From an uncultured archaeon (GTDB lineage: Archaea > Asgardarchaeota > Thorarchaeia > Thorarchaeales > Thorarchaeaceae): 32,000 bases of DNA. The position numbers and the translations under genes are program-made. The stretch covers positions 155,975-187,974 of the forward strand of contig CAYHAA010000001.1 of the NCBI GenBank assembly GCA_964354495.1. Reading direction: 5' to 3'. Shown here in pieces: positions 17,327-26,813 of the stretch (position 1 is the stretch's first letter; each line of letters begins with the position of its first letter). The notes beneath the pieces are model-generated. The model worked only from the letters and a program-made list of their open reading frames with translations. It had not been told where the DNA came from and did not search any database.

Positions 17327-18658
17327 ATGACGATAACTCCGGTTGATGTCCTTGCCAAACTTGTGGCTTTTGATACAAGAAATGACGATCCTTCTCAGAA
17401 ACCTGGTAAAGAATGCCCGGAGTATATCAACAGGCTTCTTACTGATGCTGGTTGTCATACTGAATTATTGGAATCTGAGGGGTATTACACAGCCTTTGGC
17501 AGGAGAGGCCATGGCGCCTTCAAGATTCTTTTCCTCGCCCACTTTGATGTAGTACCCTTTGGAAGCGGCTGGAACAGCGATCCCTTATCACTGAAGATTG
17601 ATGGCGATGTGGCATATGGTCGAGGGGCCTGCGATGACAAGGGAAATATCGTTTCACTTCTTGTCCTTGCTGAACATCTTATGCAATCTGACCTTCCATG
17701 TACTGTCATGTTTGCCATGACTGGCGACGAGGAGATAGGCGGTCGGAATGGAGCTGGAATGCTCAGGGATTGGCTAGTCAAGCACGGACTGTTTCCTGAT
17801 TACGTTGTGGTCGCAGACGGTATCCACCAGCGAATCATACACAGACGCCGCAATATTCTTCCTACGTACGTGAAGGTGAAGGCAAGTGAAGCGAAGGTGA
17901 GGGGCACGCCCGAAACCGTTCGCATCACGACCGAAACGTACGGTTCAAGCACTCGTCATAGTGCGTATCTCAGACCCGGTGTAGATCGGCATGCAATGCT
18001 CACGGCCTCAAAGTATCTGGACATGCATCCTGAAACTGTGGTTTCCGACGTGAGAGGTGCGTTCTTGAAGTCGAATGTTGTACCTGACTGGGTAGAGCTG
18101 GATGTTATTCATCCAGATTCTTCTGGAGTTGAATCCACCTACGACCTTGCACTGACCAAGCTCTTACGGGTCCTTCTGGCTATCTCACAGGCAGCCTTTC
18201 CTACAAGACACTCCGACAAGGGGAAGATCATCAGTCCCAATCTCCTGTCGAAAGAAAGCAACATCTGGACTCTGTACTGTGATGTGCGAGCGATGACAAA
18301 TAACAGTGATGAAGTAGAACAATCAATTCGAGAGGCTGTGAAAGGCAAATTGGAACTGCTTTCGTTGAAAGTGCTAGCTGGAGCTGGCTATGTTGATGTT
18401 GACCCTGGCTCACGACTGATTCGGGCAATGGAAAGGGCTCTCAAGAAAGAGGGTGTCTTCTACAGCATTATCGAAGGATTTGGAGGTTCTGATTCACGGT
18501 ACTTTGCGGGACAAGGTGCAGACCTTTTCGATTTTGGCCCTGAAGGCGACAATCTGCATGGTGCCAATGAATGGGTATCACTGCCATCTCTTAGAGAGAA
18601 TGCCAGAGTATTCCACGCGATGATGGAAGTCTTGGCAGGAGAGAAGAACTCCGAGTAG
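17327..18658 (+). CDS. M20/M25/M40 family metallopeptidase (ArgE/DapE/PepV-like)
   Basis: LAHFDVVP, GRGACDDKG, GDEEIGG, VVADG, GGSDSRYF and GPEGDNLHGANE. ATG 17327 is preferred over TTG 17321. Confidence 0.92.
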   Translation: MTITPVDVLAKLVAFDTRNDDPSQKPGKECPEYINRLLTDAGCHTELLESEGYYTAFGRRGHGAFKILFLAHFDVVPFGSGWNSDPLSLKIDGDVAYGRGACDDKGNIVSLLVLAEHLMQSDLPCTVMFAMTGDEEIGGRNGAGMLRDWLVKHGLFPDYVVVADGIHQRIIHRRRNILPTYVKVKASEAKVRGTPETVRITTETYGSSTRHSAYLRPGVDRHAMLTASKYLDMHPETVVSDVRGAFLKSNVVPDWVELDVIHPDSSGVESTYDLALTKLLRVLLAISQAAFPTRHSDKGKIISPNLLSKESNIWTLYCDVRAMTNNSDEVEQSIREAVKGKLELLSLKVLAGAGYVDVDPGSRLIRAMERALKKEGVFYSIIEGFGGSDSRYFAGQGADLFDFGPEGDNLHGANEWVSLPSLRENARVFHAMMEVLAGEKNSE

Positions 18659-18662
18659 GTAT

Positions 18663-21600
18663 CTACAGGGGATTCATTCCTACCTTTAGACTCAAGTCAT
18701 CTATCTCCCAATCCTTGACATAGTGATACTTACTCCAATCTGGTGCTTTCTCTGGACCTACAAGATTCAATGACTGAGCCCGCGTTTCGTTTATCAAATG
18801 TGTCTTGAACATCTCTGCCAGTTCGACCGATTCATCATCAGAGAATTGAAGTACCAAGTCAATTGACTGCTCTACCTTGAGGTCTAGTTCCTTTCTCATG
18901 ACTTGGACCCGCCTTGTCACATCTCTCACAAGCCCTTCAGCCTCTAGTTCCCTTGTTCGTGTCACATCAATGTAGACCTTGCCAAGCTTACTTTCAGCAA
19001 GGCTGAGATGGTCTGGGAGGCTCTCCACAAACTCTAGGTCCCCGTCGAACAGTTTGAGTTTCTTCCCTGCGACAATGACTGCTGCCTTCCCTTTCTCCAA
19101 ATCTGCACGGAGCTTGACCGCATTAGTTTCCTGAAGTGCTGTAACCAGTTGCTTCATCATGTCCTTGTATTTTGGACCGAGTGCCTTGTAGTTTGGCTTG
19201 ATTGAGAGATGTGTGAATTCAGCCATTACATCTGTTCGTTGCACCTCGAAGTGCCTAGTGTTGAGATCATCAAGCAAGAGATCCTTAAGGCTCTCAGCTC
19301 TCCTACTGGTTTCGTCATCTACAGCTATGAGTATGACCTTCGCTACTGGGTGTCTCAGTTTGACACCCTTCTTGTTCCTAGCATGGCTTGAGGCGCTCCT
19401 GAGTTCTTGGAGCACGTCGAACGTTGACTCCATTTCCTTGTCTATCATCTTGCCTACAGGCATTGGCATATCTGTCAAGTTGATAGACTCGGGAAGACCA
19501 TCAGCGAACCTCACAAGAAAGTCCTTGTGGAGCTTCTCACACAGAAACGGAGTGAACGGGTTAAACGCTCTCAGAAAGGTCTGCAGTGTGTAATAGATGA
19601 CATTGTATGCCGTCACTTTCTTTGGGTCCTCGCTGTCTAACCACACACGTTTTTTCACCAAGGGGAGGTACACTCTGCTGAGGTCCTCGGATATGAAATC
19701 AAGAAGGATTCGTCCTGCCTGATGCCACAGATACTTTTTCATCTGTTCATGGTATTCCTTCACAACACTCTGGAGCCTGGACAGTATCCACCTGTCCTCT
19801 ATATTCGCCTTAGGCAAGGACTTCATCATTCGCTTCTCGTTGAACTTGAACTTGTCAAGATCCATGTAGGTCTCCGTGAAGAGCACAACATTCCAGAGAA
19901 CATCCAGTTTCTTTCGAGTGAGGTCTATCTCCTTTGAGTCATAGTTCATTCGAGACCATGATGCCGACCGAGTCAATACGAACACGCGGAATGGGTCCGC
20001 TCCTATGCTCGCAAATGCATCCCGTGCCCAGACGACATTTCCTCTTGATTTGCTCATCTTTCCCCCATCTTCGTCCAAGACATGCTCCTGACTCACGCAT
20101 GCTTTGAAAGGTGCCTTGTCATGCATGACAACTGAAGTATAGAGCAGGCTGTAGAACCATCCTCTTGACTGGTCCACTGCCTCCGTGATGAAGTCAAAAG
20201 GGAAGAGCTGCCCATGCAATGCTGGGTCCTTCAGATAGTCCAGGCTCGCAGTGTGTGCCATGCCTGAGTCAAGCCAGCAGTCTGTCACGAACTTCTCGCG
20301 ATGCATCTTGCCCCCGCATTTCTCACACTTGAGAACGACATTGTCTGCCCAGGGTCTATGCATCTCAAAGTCCTTTGGCACTTTTATTGCATGTTCTTTC
20401 AGCTCCTTTCGGGAACCTATGACAATCTCTGATTTGCAGTCATCGCAAATCCACACAGGTAGTGGGGAGCCCCAGACTCTGGATCGCGATATACACCAAT
20501 CATCTGCATTTGCCACCCAATCCCCAAAACGACCTGTTCCTGCCCACTCTGGTGTCCACTCTACCATGCTGTTCTCCTTGACCAATCGTTCTCGTACTCC
20601 TGTCATCTTCAGGAACCATTGAGTCTTGTCCGCGAGGTAGATGAGAGGGGTGTCGCATCTCCAACAGTGAGGATACTCATGTTCCAGAGTCTCTTCATGG
20701 ACAAGAAGTCCTTTCTTTTCAAGCAGCCTCGGAACCTCAGGGTTCGTATCAAAGACGAATCTTCCTTCGAACATGGGCACCTCTGACGTGAATTTCCCTG
20801 CACCTGTCACTGGCGCAAGAACTGGAACCTCGAACTCCTTACCAACATTGAAGTCATCGGGTCCGAATCCAGGTGCCGTGTGCACAAGTCCCGTACCATC
20901 CTCTACAGTGACATGCGTACCCGTGACCACCGCATGCATATATTTCTCCTCATGCTCCTGATGGAACGGAACCTCATCCTTGAATGGATGTTCGTATTTC
21001 CAGCCAAGCATTTTCTTGCCAAAGACTGAGTCTACTATCTCATACGAGTCCTTCTTCGCCTTCCTCATTACATCTTCTACTCTGTCTTCGACAAGCCACC
21101 AGAGTTCGCCTTCGACCTTGACCTTCACATACTTGTATTTTGGATGTACAGAAACCATCTCGTTTGAAATCAGAGTGAATGGAGTTGTGGTCCAGATGAC
21201 CAAGTACTCATTCTCCTTATCCACTAGTTTGAACTTAACGTATATCGAAGGATCTGTTTTCATCATGTATCCCTGGGAAACCTCGTGCTCCGAGAGTGCT
21301 GTGACACATCGTGGGCAAATTGGATTGACCCGATATCCTCTGCCCAGCAGTCCCTTCTCGTTTGCGAGTTTTAGGAAATACCAGACATGTTCTATGTAGT
21401 CATCCCTTCGGGTCTGATAGGCTGATGGATAGTCCAGCCAAAGACCTAGCCGAACTGAATCGTTGACCCATCTTTCTAGATAGAAATCTACTAGTTCCTT
21501 GCATTTCTTAACGAACACGTCCATTCCGATATCTGACCCGATGAGCCCCTTCTCTACTATACCCTCCTTCTTCTCGACTTCAAGTTCCACAGGGAGCCCC

Positions 21601-21860
21601 TGCATGTCCCATCCGCCGCGGCGCCATACATTATAGCCTCGCATAGTCATGTACCTGATCTGCGCGTCTTTCATGGCTCGACCTCGAGCGTGTCCGACAT
21701 GCATGAATCCATTTGTTGTAGGAGGGCCTTCAAGGAAGTTCCATCGAGGCCCCGTGCTTCTGAGTTCGAGTGTCTTGTCGTAGATTTTCTCTCTCTTCCA
21801 GAAATCAAGGACTTCTTCTTCCAGGGCAAGTGGTTCATATCGTTTCGGTAATGAGCTCAT
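18663..21860 (-). CDS. ileS: Isoleucine--tRNA ligase (archaeal/eukaryote type)
   Basis: EGPPTTNGFMHVGH, GWDMQGLPVE, IWTTTPFTL, GTGLVHTAPGFG, DWCISRSRVWG, DFITEAVDQSRGWF and KMSKSRGN. Confidence 0.97.
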   Translation of the reverse strand: MSSLPKRYEPLALEEEVLDFWKREKIYDKTLELRSTGPRWNFLEGPPTTNGFMHVGHARGRAMKDAQIRYMTMRGYNVWRRGGWDMQGLPVELEVEKKEGIVEKGLIGSDIGMDVFVKKCKELVDFYLERWVNDSVRLGLWLDYPSAYQTRRDDYIEHVWYFLKLANEKGLLGRGYRVNPICPRCVTALSEHEVSQGYMMKTDPSIYVKFKLVDKENEYLVIWTTTPFTLISNEMVSVHPKYKYVKVKVEGELWWLVEDRVEDVMRKAKKDSYEIVDSVFGKKMLGWKYEHPFKDEVPFHQEHEEKYMHAVVTGTHVTVEDGTGLVHTAPGFGPDDFNVGKEFEVPVLAPVTGAGKFTSEVPMFEGRFVFDTNPEVPRLLEKKGLLVHEETLEHEYPHCWRCDTPLIYLADKTQWFLKMTGVRERLVKENSMVEWTPEWAGTGRFGDWVANADDWCISRSRVWGSPLPVWICDDCKSEIVIGSRKELKEHAIKVPKDFEMHRPWADNVVLKCEKCGGKMHREKFVTDCWLDSGMAHTASLDYLKDPALHGQLFPFDFITEAVDQSRGWFYSLLYTSVVMHDKAPFKACVSQEHVLDEDGGKMSKSRGNVVWARDAFASIGADPFRVFVLTRSASWSRMNYDSKEIDLTRKKLDVLWNVVLFTETYMDLDKFKFNEKRMMKSLPKANIEDRWILSRLQSVVKEYHEQMKKYLWHQAGRILLDFISEDLSRVYLPLVKKRVWLDSEDPKKVTAYNVIYYTLQTFLRAFNPFTPFLCEKLHKDFLVRFADGLPESINLTDMPMPVGKMIDKEMESTFDVLQELRSASSHARNKKGVKLRHPVAKVILIAVDDETSRRAESLKDLLLDDLNTRHFEVQRTDVMAEFTHLSIKPNYKALGPKYKDMMKQLVTALQETNAVKLRADLEKGKAAVIVAGKKLKLFDGDLEFVESLPDHLSLAESKLGKVYIDVTRTRELEAEGLVRDVTRRVQVMRKELDLKVEQSIDLVLQFSDDESVELAEMFKTHLINETRAQSLNLVGPEKAPDWSKYHYVKDWEIDDLSLKVGMNPL

Positions 21861-22145
21861 CTCAGTGTCCTCTCAGGGTATTCATTGCTGGAATGGTCAG
21901 AAAGTGATTGATTGCCACCCTCCGCAGATGAGAACCATACATGTTCATCACTAGGTAATAGTGCTACTTGCCTAGTCGATTTGATAATCCATCCTTTCTC
22001 ACCTGTAGGGAGCTCTCTAGACTCTCATCTTCGACTTGGTTAAAAATCTTAGGCTAGGATAAATTGACCATCCTATAGGTCCAACCAAGATTTAATTGGT
22101 CACTCCGATAGGTTGTCCTGCAGAAATAAGGCTGAGGTGTTCTGG

Positions 22146-22817
22146 ATGAGCGCTCTTGAAGATAGATCCTTCGACAAGCTTGCAGATATGGTAATCCAGG
22201 TTTTATGGCAAGACGCACTGGAAGTGTGGCAGGCAATTCGTCACAAAATGGATTCCGAAGATCCTGCTGCCGTCAAAACTGCTTTTGAAAGTGCCGTCAC
22301 TAGATTTGTGAAGGGACCGCTCAATGACCATACTGAAGTCCGATGGGGCATGAACCTATGTGTTCACTGCAATGATGATAATATTGAGAAGAACGGGATT
22401 GCCTATGTGCAGCCGAACGGTGATGGTCTTGAATTCAATCAGTGTCTGAATTGCAGAATAGCTATTCTCTATCGACTAGTGACTGCAAAAGCCACTCTTG
22501 ACACCTACAGTATAGGCCTCGGCAAGCTTGGACAGTTCAATGGCGTGTCATTCTACTGGAATGCCATTGTGCCTGAGTCTATGAGGAAGTTTCTTCCCAC
22601 TTACGAACTTGTAAAAGACGGTCAGTGGCTTGGCACGGTTTCAATTGATGAGAATCTCAAAGCCAAGTTCCTCCCCTTTGAGTCTATGACCGGAACGACT
22701 CCTCGCGGCGATATCTCTCCTTGGACTCGCGAACTCCCTAGCACTGTTAAGGCTGCTGTCGATTCATTCCTCTCAGCCGCGAAATTTCAAGTTGAGGCCG
22801 CGTTGGCACTAAGGTAA
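22146..22817 (+). CDS. Hypothetical protein with two CxxC motifs (putative zinc finger)
   Basis: CVHC and CLNC about 25 aa apart. ATG 22146 (MSALEDRSF) is the likely start; the ORF track starts at 22113. No family recognised. Confidence 0.75.
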   Translation: MSALEDRSFDKLADMVIQVLWQDALEVWQAIRHKMDSEDPAAVKTAFESAVTRFVKGPLNDHTEVRWGMNLCVHCNDDNIEKNGIAYVQPNGDGLEFNQCLNCRIAILYRLVTAKATLDTYSIGLGKLGQFNGVSFYWNAIVPESMRKFLPTYELVKDGQWLGTVSIDENLKAKFLPFESMTGTTPRGDISPWTRELPSTVKAAVDSFLSAAKFQVEAALALR

Positions 22818-22839
22818 GCTTATGCATGAGGAATAGAAC

Positions 22840-23148
22840 ATGGTGGAGAAATTGGTTCGAGACAAGATACCTGAAATCATTCGGGAAAAGGGATCTATTC
22901 CTGAAGTGCGTGTTGCAACTTCTCGCGAGCTCGACCGCTTTCTGAGGGCTAAAATCGTCGAGGAGGCTCAGGAGTTCCTTGAGTCAGGGGACTCTGAGGA
23001 GATTGTTGATATTCTTGAAGCGGTGGATGCTTTGCTTGATCTTCGAAAGACTGACCGGGCTATGCTGGATCTCCAGCGCGAAACCAAGAGACTGTTTAGG
23101 GGCGGCTTCAAGCAAGGGTACATCCTCATGCAAGACCCAGACATTTAG
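22840..23148 (+). CDS. MazG-like / phosphoribosyl-ATP pyrophosphohydrolase-like NTP pyrophosphatase
   Basis: KLVRDKIPEII, LRAKIVEEAQEF, EEIVDILE and KR..RGGF are the signature of the all-alpha NTP-PPase superfamily. Confidence 0.88.
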   Translation: MVEKLVRDKIPEIIREKGSIPEVRVATSRELDRFLRAKIVEEAQEFLESGDSEEIVDILEAVDALLDLRKTDRAMLDLQRETKRLFRGGFKQGYILMQDPDI

Positions 23149-23274
23149 TGCACGAGAGCTCACTCTACATACTCTGAAACATCTGACAAAGGTTATATTC
23201 TTCATCCTACGCGTTCGACCATCAGATACCACCCTGTCCAGTGGTGGTAATATTGGATCAAGGAGCTAATACGC

Positions 23275-24921
23275 ATGGCCACAGATGATATAAAACCGGT
23301 ACCTGAGGAGCCAGTCGGGCACACGGAAAGTGACCTCTCGAGGTATCATGTTCAGAAATATCCTGTAAGGGAGCTCCCCTATACAACTCAATCTATTTGT
23401 CCTGAGTGTTTCCTTACTGATGACGAGGTTCATGTCATCGATGCAACTCTGTACGAGGAAAATGGCAAGGTAATGTACAAGAAGACTTGTGAGAAACACG
23501 GGGAGTTCATTGATGTTTATTGGGGCGACGTTGAAATGTTCAAGAGAGCACAGACTTGGTGGTACAAGTCGGTAGGGCTAGACAACCCGCGAACAGAAAC
23601 CGTGAAGGGTTGTCCAGAGGACTGCGGTCAATGTCCAGAGCACAAATCACACACAGCCCTGGCACTGGTAGATGTCACCAACCGATGCAACCTACGATGT
23701 CCGATCTGCTTTGCAGTCGCGGCTGAGGGTGGCAATATCTATGAACCCGAGCCGCAAGAGGTCTTTGACATGCTCAAGAACCTCCGGAGTAACCTGCCTG
23801 TTCCAGCCCCGGCAGTTCAATTTGCTGGGGGCGAACCCACTGTAAGCAAGAATCTTCCCCAGTACATCAAATGGGCAAAGCAGCTTGGTTTCAGACACGT
23901 TCAGATTGCGAGTAATGTAATTCGAATTGGAAAAAGCAAGGAGTACCTCCAGGAACTGCGTAATGCAGGTCTCTCAACCATCTATATGCAGTTCGATGGT
24001 GTCACTCCCGGTCCTTATCTTGCAGCAAGAGGGACTGACCTGTTGCCTCTTAAGAAGCAGGCCATTCAGAATGCACGTGAGCTTGGCATGGAGTCACTCG
24101 TCTTAGTACCCACAGTGGTACGTGGCGTGAATGACGACCAACTAGGTGATATTGTCCAGTTTGCCGTGGATAATCATGATGTTATTCGCTGCGTGAATTT
24201 TCAGCCAGTGAGTATTACTGGTCGAATCGATCATAAAGCTCGACACGAGATGCGCATCACAATACCTGATGCCATCCATCTCATCGAAAAGCAGACAGGC
24301 GGCAAGATTCCTGCCAGCGAGTGGTATCCAGTTCCCTCTATGATGCCAGTCGGTCGTGCCCTTGGCATGATTAAGGGCGGTCCTGAGCTGGAGCTCAGCT
24401 CACATTTTGCCTGCGGTATGTCCACTTTCATCTTCATCGATGAAGATGGCAGCTACAAGCCAATCACCGAGGTCATTGATGTTGATAGTTTTTTGGTGCT
24501 TCTAGAGGAGATAGCTAATCTCTATGCTGACCAGAAGACAGCTGCTAGCGCACGTGCAAAAGCCAAGTTGGCTGCGGGTGTGCGGCACATCAAGAAGAAG
24601 GGTATTCTCAAGGATTTGCTCTCCGCATTCCTCAAACGTGGAAACTATGACTCACTTGCGAAGTTCATGCGACGCGTGATCATGCTTGGAATGATGCACT
24701 TCCAAGACCCTTACAACTTCGACCTGGAGCGCGTCCAACACTGCGACGTTAACTACGCAGTACCTGATGGCAGAATCATTCCCTTCTGCACTATGAACAC
24801 AATTCATAGGTCACGAGTGGAAGAGAAGTTCTCAAAGCCTATCGAGGAGTGGCGCAAAGGTCACAAACCAACTCAGGTAGAAGAAGAAAGTATCAGCAGA
24901 CCCTACAAGAGTGGTCAGTGA
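23275..24921 (+). CDS. tes: Tetraether (GDGT) lipid synthase-type radical SAM enzyme (Tes / GDGT-MAS, MJ0619 family)
   Basis: N-terminal CPEC...CEKHG metal site, CPEDCGQCPEH auxiliary-cluster motif, radical SAM motif CNLRCPIC, FAGGEPT, NFQPVS, HFACG and MHFQDPYNFDLERVQHCDVNYAVPDGRIIPFC. Confidence 0.85.
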   Translation: MATDDIKPVPEEPVGHTESDLSRYHVQKYPVRELPYTTQSICPECFLTDDEVHVIDATLYEENGKVMYKKTCEKHGEFIDVYWGDVEMFKRAQTWWYKSVGLDNPRTETVKGCPEDCGQCPEHKSHTALALVDVTNRCNLRCPICFAVAAEGGNIYEPEPQEVFDMLKNLRSNLPVPAPAVQFAGGEPTVSKNLPQYIKWAKQLGFRHVQIASNVIRIGKSKEYLQELRNAGLSTIYMQFDGVTPGPYLAARGTDLLPLKKQAIQNARELGMESLVLVPTVVRGVNDDQLGDIVQFAVDNHDVIRCVNFQPVSITGRIDHKARHEMRITIPDAIHLIEKQTGGKIPASEWYPVPSMMPVGRALGMIKGGPELELSSHFACGMSTFIFIDEDGSYKPITEVIDVDSFLVLLEEIANLYADQKTAASARAKAKLAAGVRHIKKKGILKDLLSAFLKRGNYDSLAKFMRRVIMLGMMHFQDPYNFDLERVQHCDVNYAVPDGRIIPFCTMNTIHRSRVEEKFSKPIEEWRKGHKPTQVEEESISRPYKSGQ

Positions 24922-25251
24922 GATACTGCTTCGAAGGTGTGTTGCGGCTATTCAGCCAAGAGCTGCACACCTCCTCTTCTTTCTCGATTGGTCAATACAC
25001 GGACCAGATTCTAACGCATCAAAACCACTGCTTGCCGAAAAACACTACCATGCTGCATCACTGCATTTACTCGTTTCATGTTGGATTATATGACATTAAG
25101 GTACTACATGAATGACTTAACAAATAACCGAGCCATGCCATGAATGCTCGTAACATTGTCCTTCAAAATGCCATACGCGCCAATTCTATTGCATTATTCC
25201 ACCCTGTTTTGGCAGATTTGGCACCTTGGTACGGAAACTTAAACATAACAT

Positions 25252-25350
25252 AAACTCTCGAATTGAGTTTCTACACCGAGGCAAACTTTAATAAGTGACC
25301 TCTGATATTATCCTAGCATGGAGGACAAAGGGCAAGATTTCCCTCCATGC
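25252..25350 (+). promoter_or_regulatory. Orphan BRE/TATA-like element with flanking inverted repeats
   Basis: AAACTC-N7-GAGTTT (25252-25270). GCAAAC then TTTAATAA (25281-25294). Perfect 9-bp inverted repeat GCATGGAGG/CCTCCATGC (25316-25324, 25342-25350). Confidence 0.35.
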
Positions 25351-25474
25351 AAAGAAACATCGGCGAGTGTGTGGGCTAGTTTTTCGTTACATGCCCTCAA
25401 TTACGAAACTCCCCCCTCCTACCACGATTTCCCGCATGCTCGCCACCTCATTCTCCTATCGCTATCTTGCCTGT

Positions 25475-26686
25475 TTATTTTCTGTGAAGGAATTCAAAGA
25501 ATTCTGCAATCCCCTGAACATGATCTCCTAGTATGATAATGTGATGATTCGCTAATGACTCCTCCAGGAAATAATCAACAGGCTCGTCCATCGCAACTCT
25601 GATTTGAGTTCTACATCCGCTATCATTCACTAGGTTTTCAATGATGGTACCGCTAGAGACCCAGTACTCACCTAGATCTTCACCAAACACCTTGAAGACT
25701 GTCACTTCAGTGAGCGGCAGTCTTCCTCGAATACCCACACTCTTTCCGGTTTCAAAATGGTTGGTTATCTCGTATCCCTGGGTCTGACTCAGCGGTACTG
25801 TGCAATGTGCGAATACTGCCGTGTTCAGTTCCAAGTCCACACTTGCGACGTTTGCCATGAATGAGGGTAGACCCGTAATCATCTTGGCTAGCAGCATCGT
25901 GAAGGTCGCAGGAATGTCTCCTTCACATCCTGCCACTGATCTTTTCACATCATTAAGGTAGGACAGAGCAACACACCCAGATATGCCCGTTTCTTGAAGC
26001 AGCGTGAAACACTGGACGGTGACAGCATCAAGTTTGGACTCATCGACGATTTCTGCAAGTCGATGTGCCACGGCTCCAGCTTTGTTAATATCGGCATTCG
26101 AAACACTCTGGCATATCGCATGTGACTGAAAATCATCCATATGCGTCTTGAATTGATTGTCGCAAGTCTGCGGCAATTCGTCCATTAGTTTCTGTATTGG
26201 AATATCAGCTATCTTGAGTCCCCATCGTTTTAGCACCTTGCTACGATCCACGTCTGAGGCAATCAGCCATGATGACGATTGGCCAACAAGCCCCAATCTG
26301 CTGCTCTTGAGACGCGTGATGATTTGTGAGTATTCAACCCATTTGCCAAGAAGTTCGCGAAGTTGATTCAGAGGCTGATGCACTATCTTGGCTTCAACTC
26401 CTCTCTTTTCCAAGTAAGCCCGTATCTCCATTGAAGCAGGCAGTGAGTTTCGTTCGTCATAACTCAATATGGTCAATTGGGAAACGAAATCCCCATTCTC
26501 AAGGAACTCGACCACATCACCCTCTGTCCCTCCGGTTCCGACAAAGATGCACAATGGCTCCTTGGATGAGGTCCCCTTTGCGCTCGTAACTATCCTGACA
26601 CCCTCTTGTTGTATCTTCTCAAGAACTTGGCTTCTGAGTCCTTCGGGCGTAAGTGGCGAAAAGAAAGGAACTATATTGATGGCCAT
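25475..26686 (-). CDS. L-fucose/L-arabinose isomerase-family protein
   Basis: LDAVTVQCF, GCEGDIPATFTMLL, FAHCTVP, NHFETGKSVGIRG, CRTQI and ANHHIIILGDH. Confidence 0.85.
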   Translation of the reverse strand: MAINIVPFFSPLTPEGLRSQVLEKIQQEGVRIVTSAKGTSSKEPLCIFVGTGGTEGDVVEFLENGDFVSQLTILSYDERNSLPASMEIRAYLEKRGVEAKIVHQPLNQLRELLGKWVEYSQIITRLKSSRLGLVGQSSSWLIASDVDRSKVLKRWGLKIADIPIQKLMDELPQTCDNQFKTHMDDFQSHAICQSVSNADINKAGAVAHRLAEIVDESKLDAVTVQCFTLLQETGISGCVALSYLNDVKRSVAGCEGDIPATFTMLLAKMITGLPSFMANVASVDLELNTAVFAHCTVPLSQTQGYEITNHFETGKSVGIRGRLPLTEVTVFKVFGEDLGEYWVSSGTIIENLVNDSGCRTQIRVAMDEPVDYFLEESLANHHIIILGDHVQGIAEFFEFLHRK

Positions 26687-26769
26687 GACCTGGAATTCGG
26701 AGTATTCCGCTATATCACTTTGGGATGTACTCGATGAGTGTTGATGGTGCTAGGAAATCGGATGCAATG

Positions 26770-26809
26770 ATTAATTAGCACACTCCGAGAAAGGGTTTCG
26801 GAGATGGTG
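26770..26809 (+). promoter_or_regulatory. TATA-like element, hairpin and SD-like motif upstream of the PhzF-family gene
   Basis: ATTAATTA (26770-26777), CTCCGA..TCGGAG inverted repeat (26783-26803) and GGTG (26806-26809) ahead of ATG 26814. Confidence 0.35.
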
Positions 26810-26813
26810 TTGA

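Noticed and set aside
22036-22102. Short inverted repeats in the ileS divergent spacer (TGACCA..TGGTCA, CCTATAGG, AAATCTT..AAGATTT)
   Set aside because: The repeats are short, overlapping and mutually incompatible in an AT-rich promoter region. They are expected by chance and cannot be assigned without comparative data.
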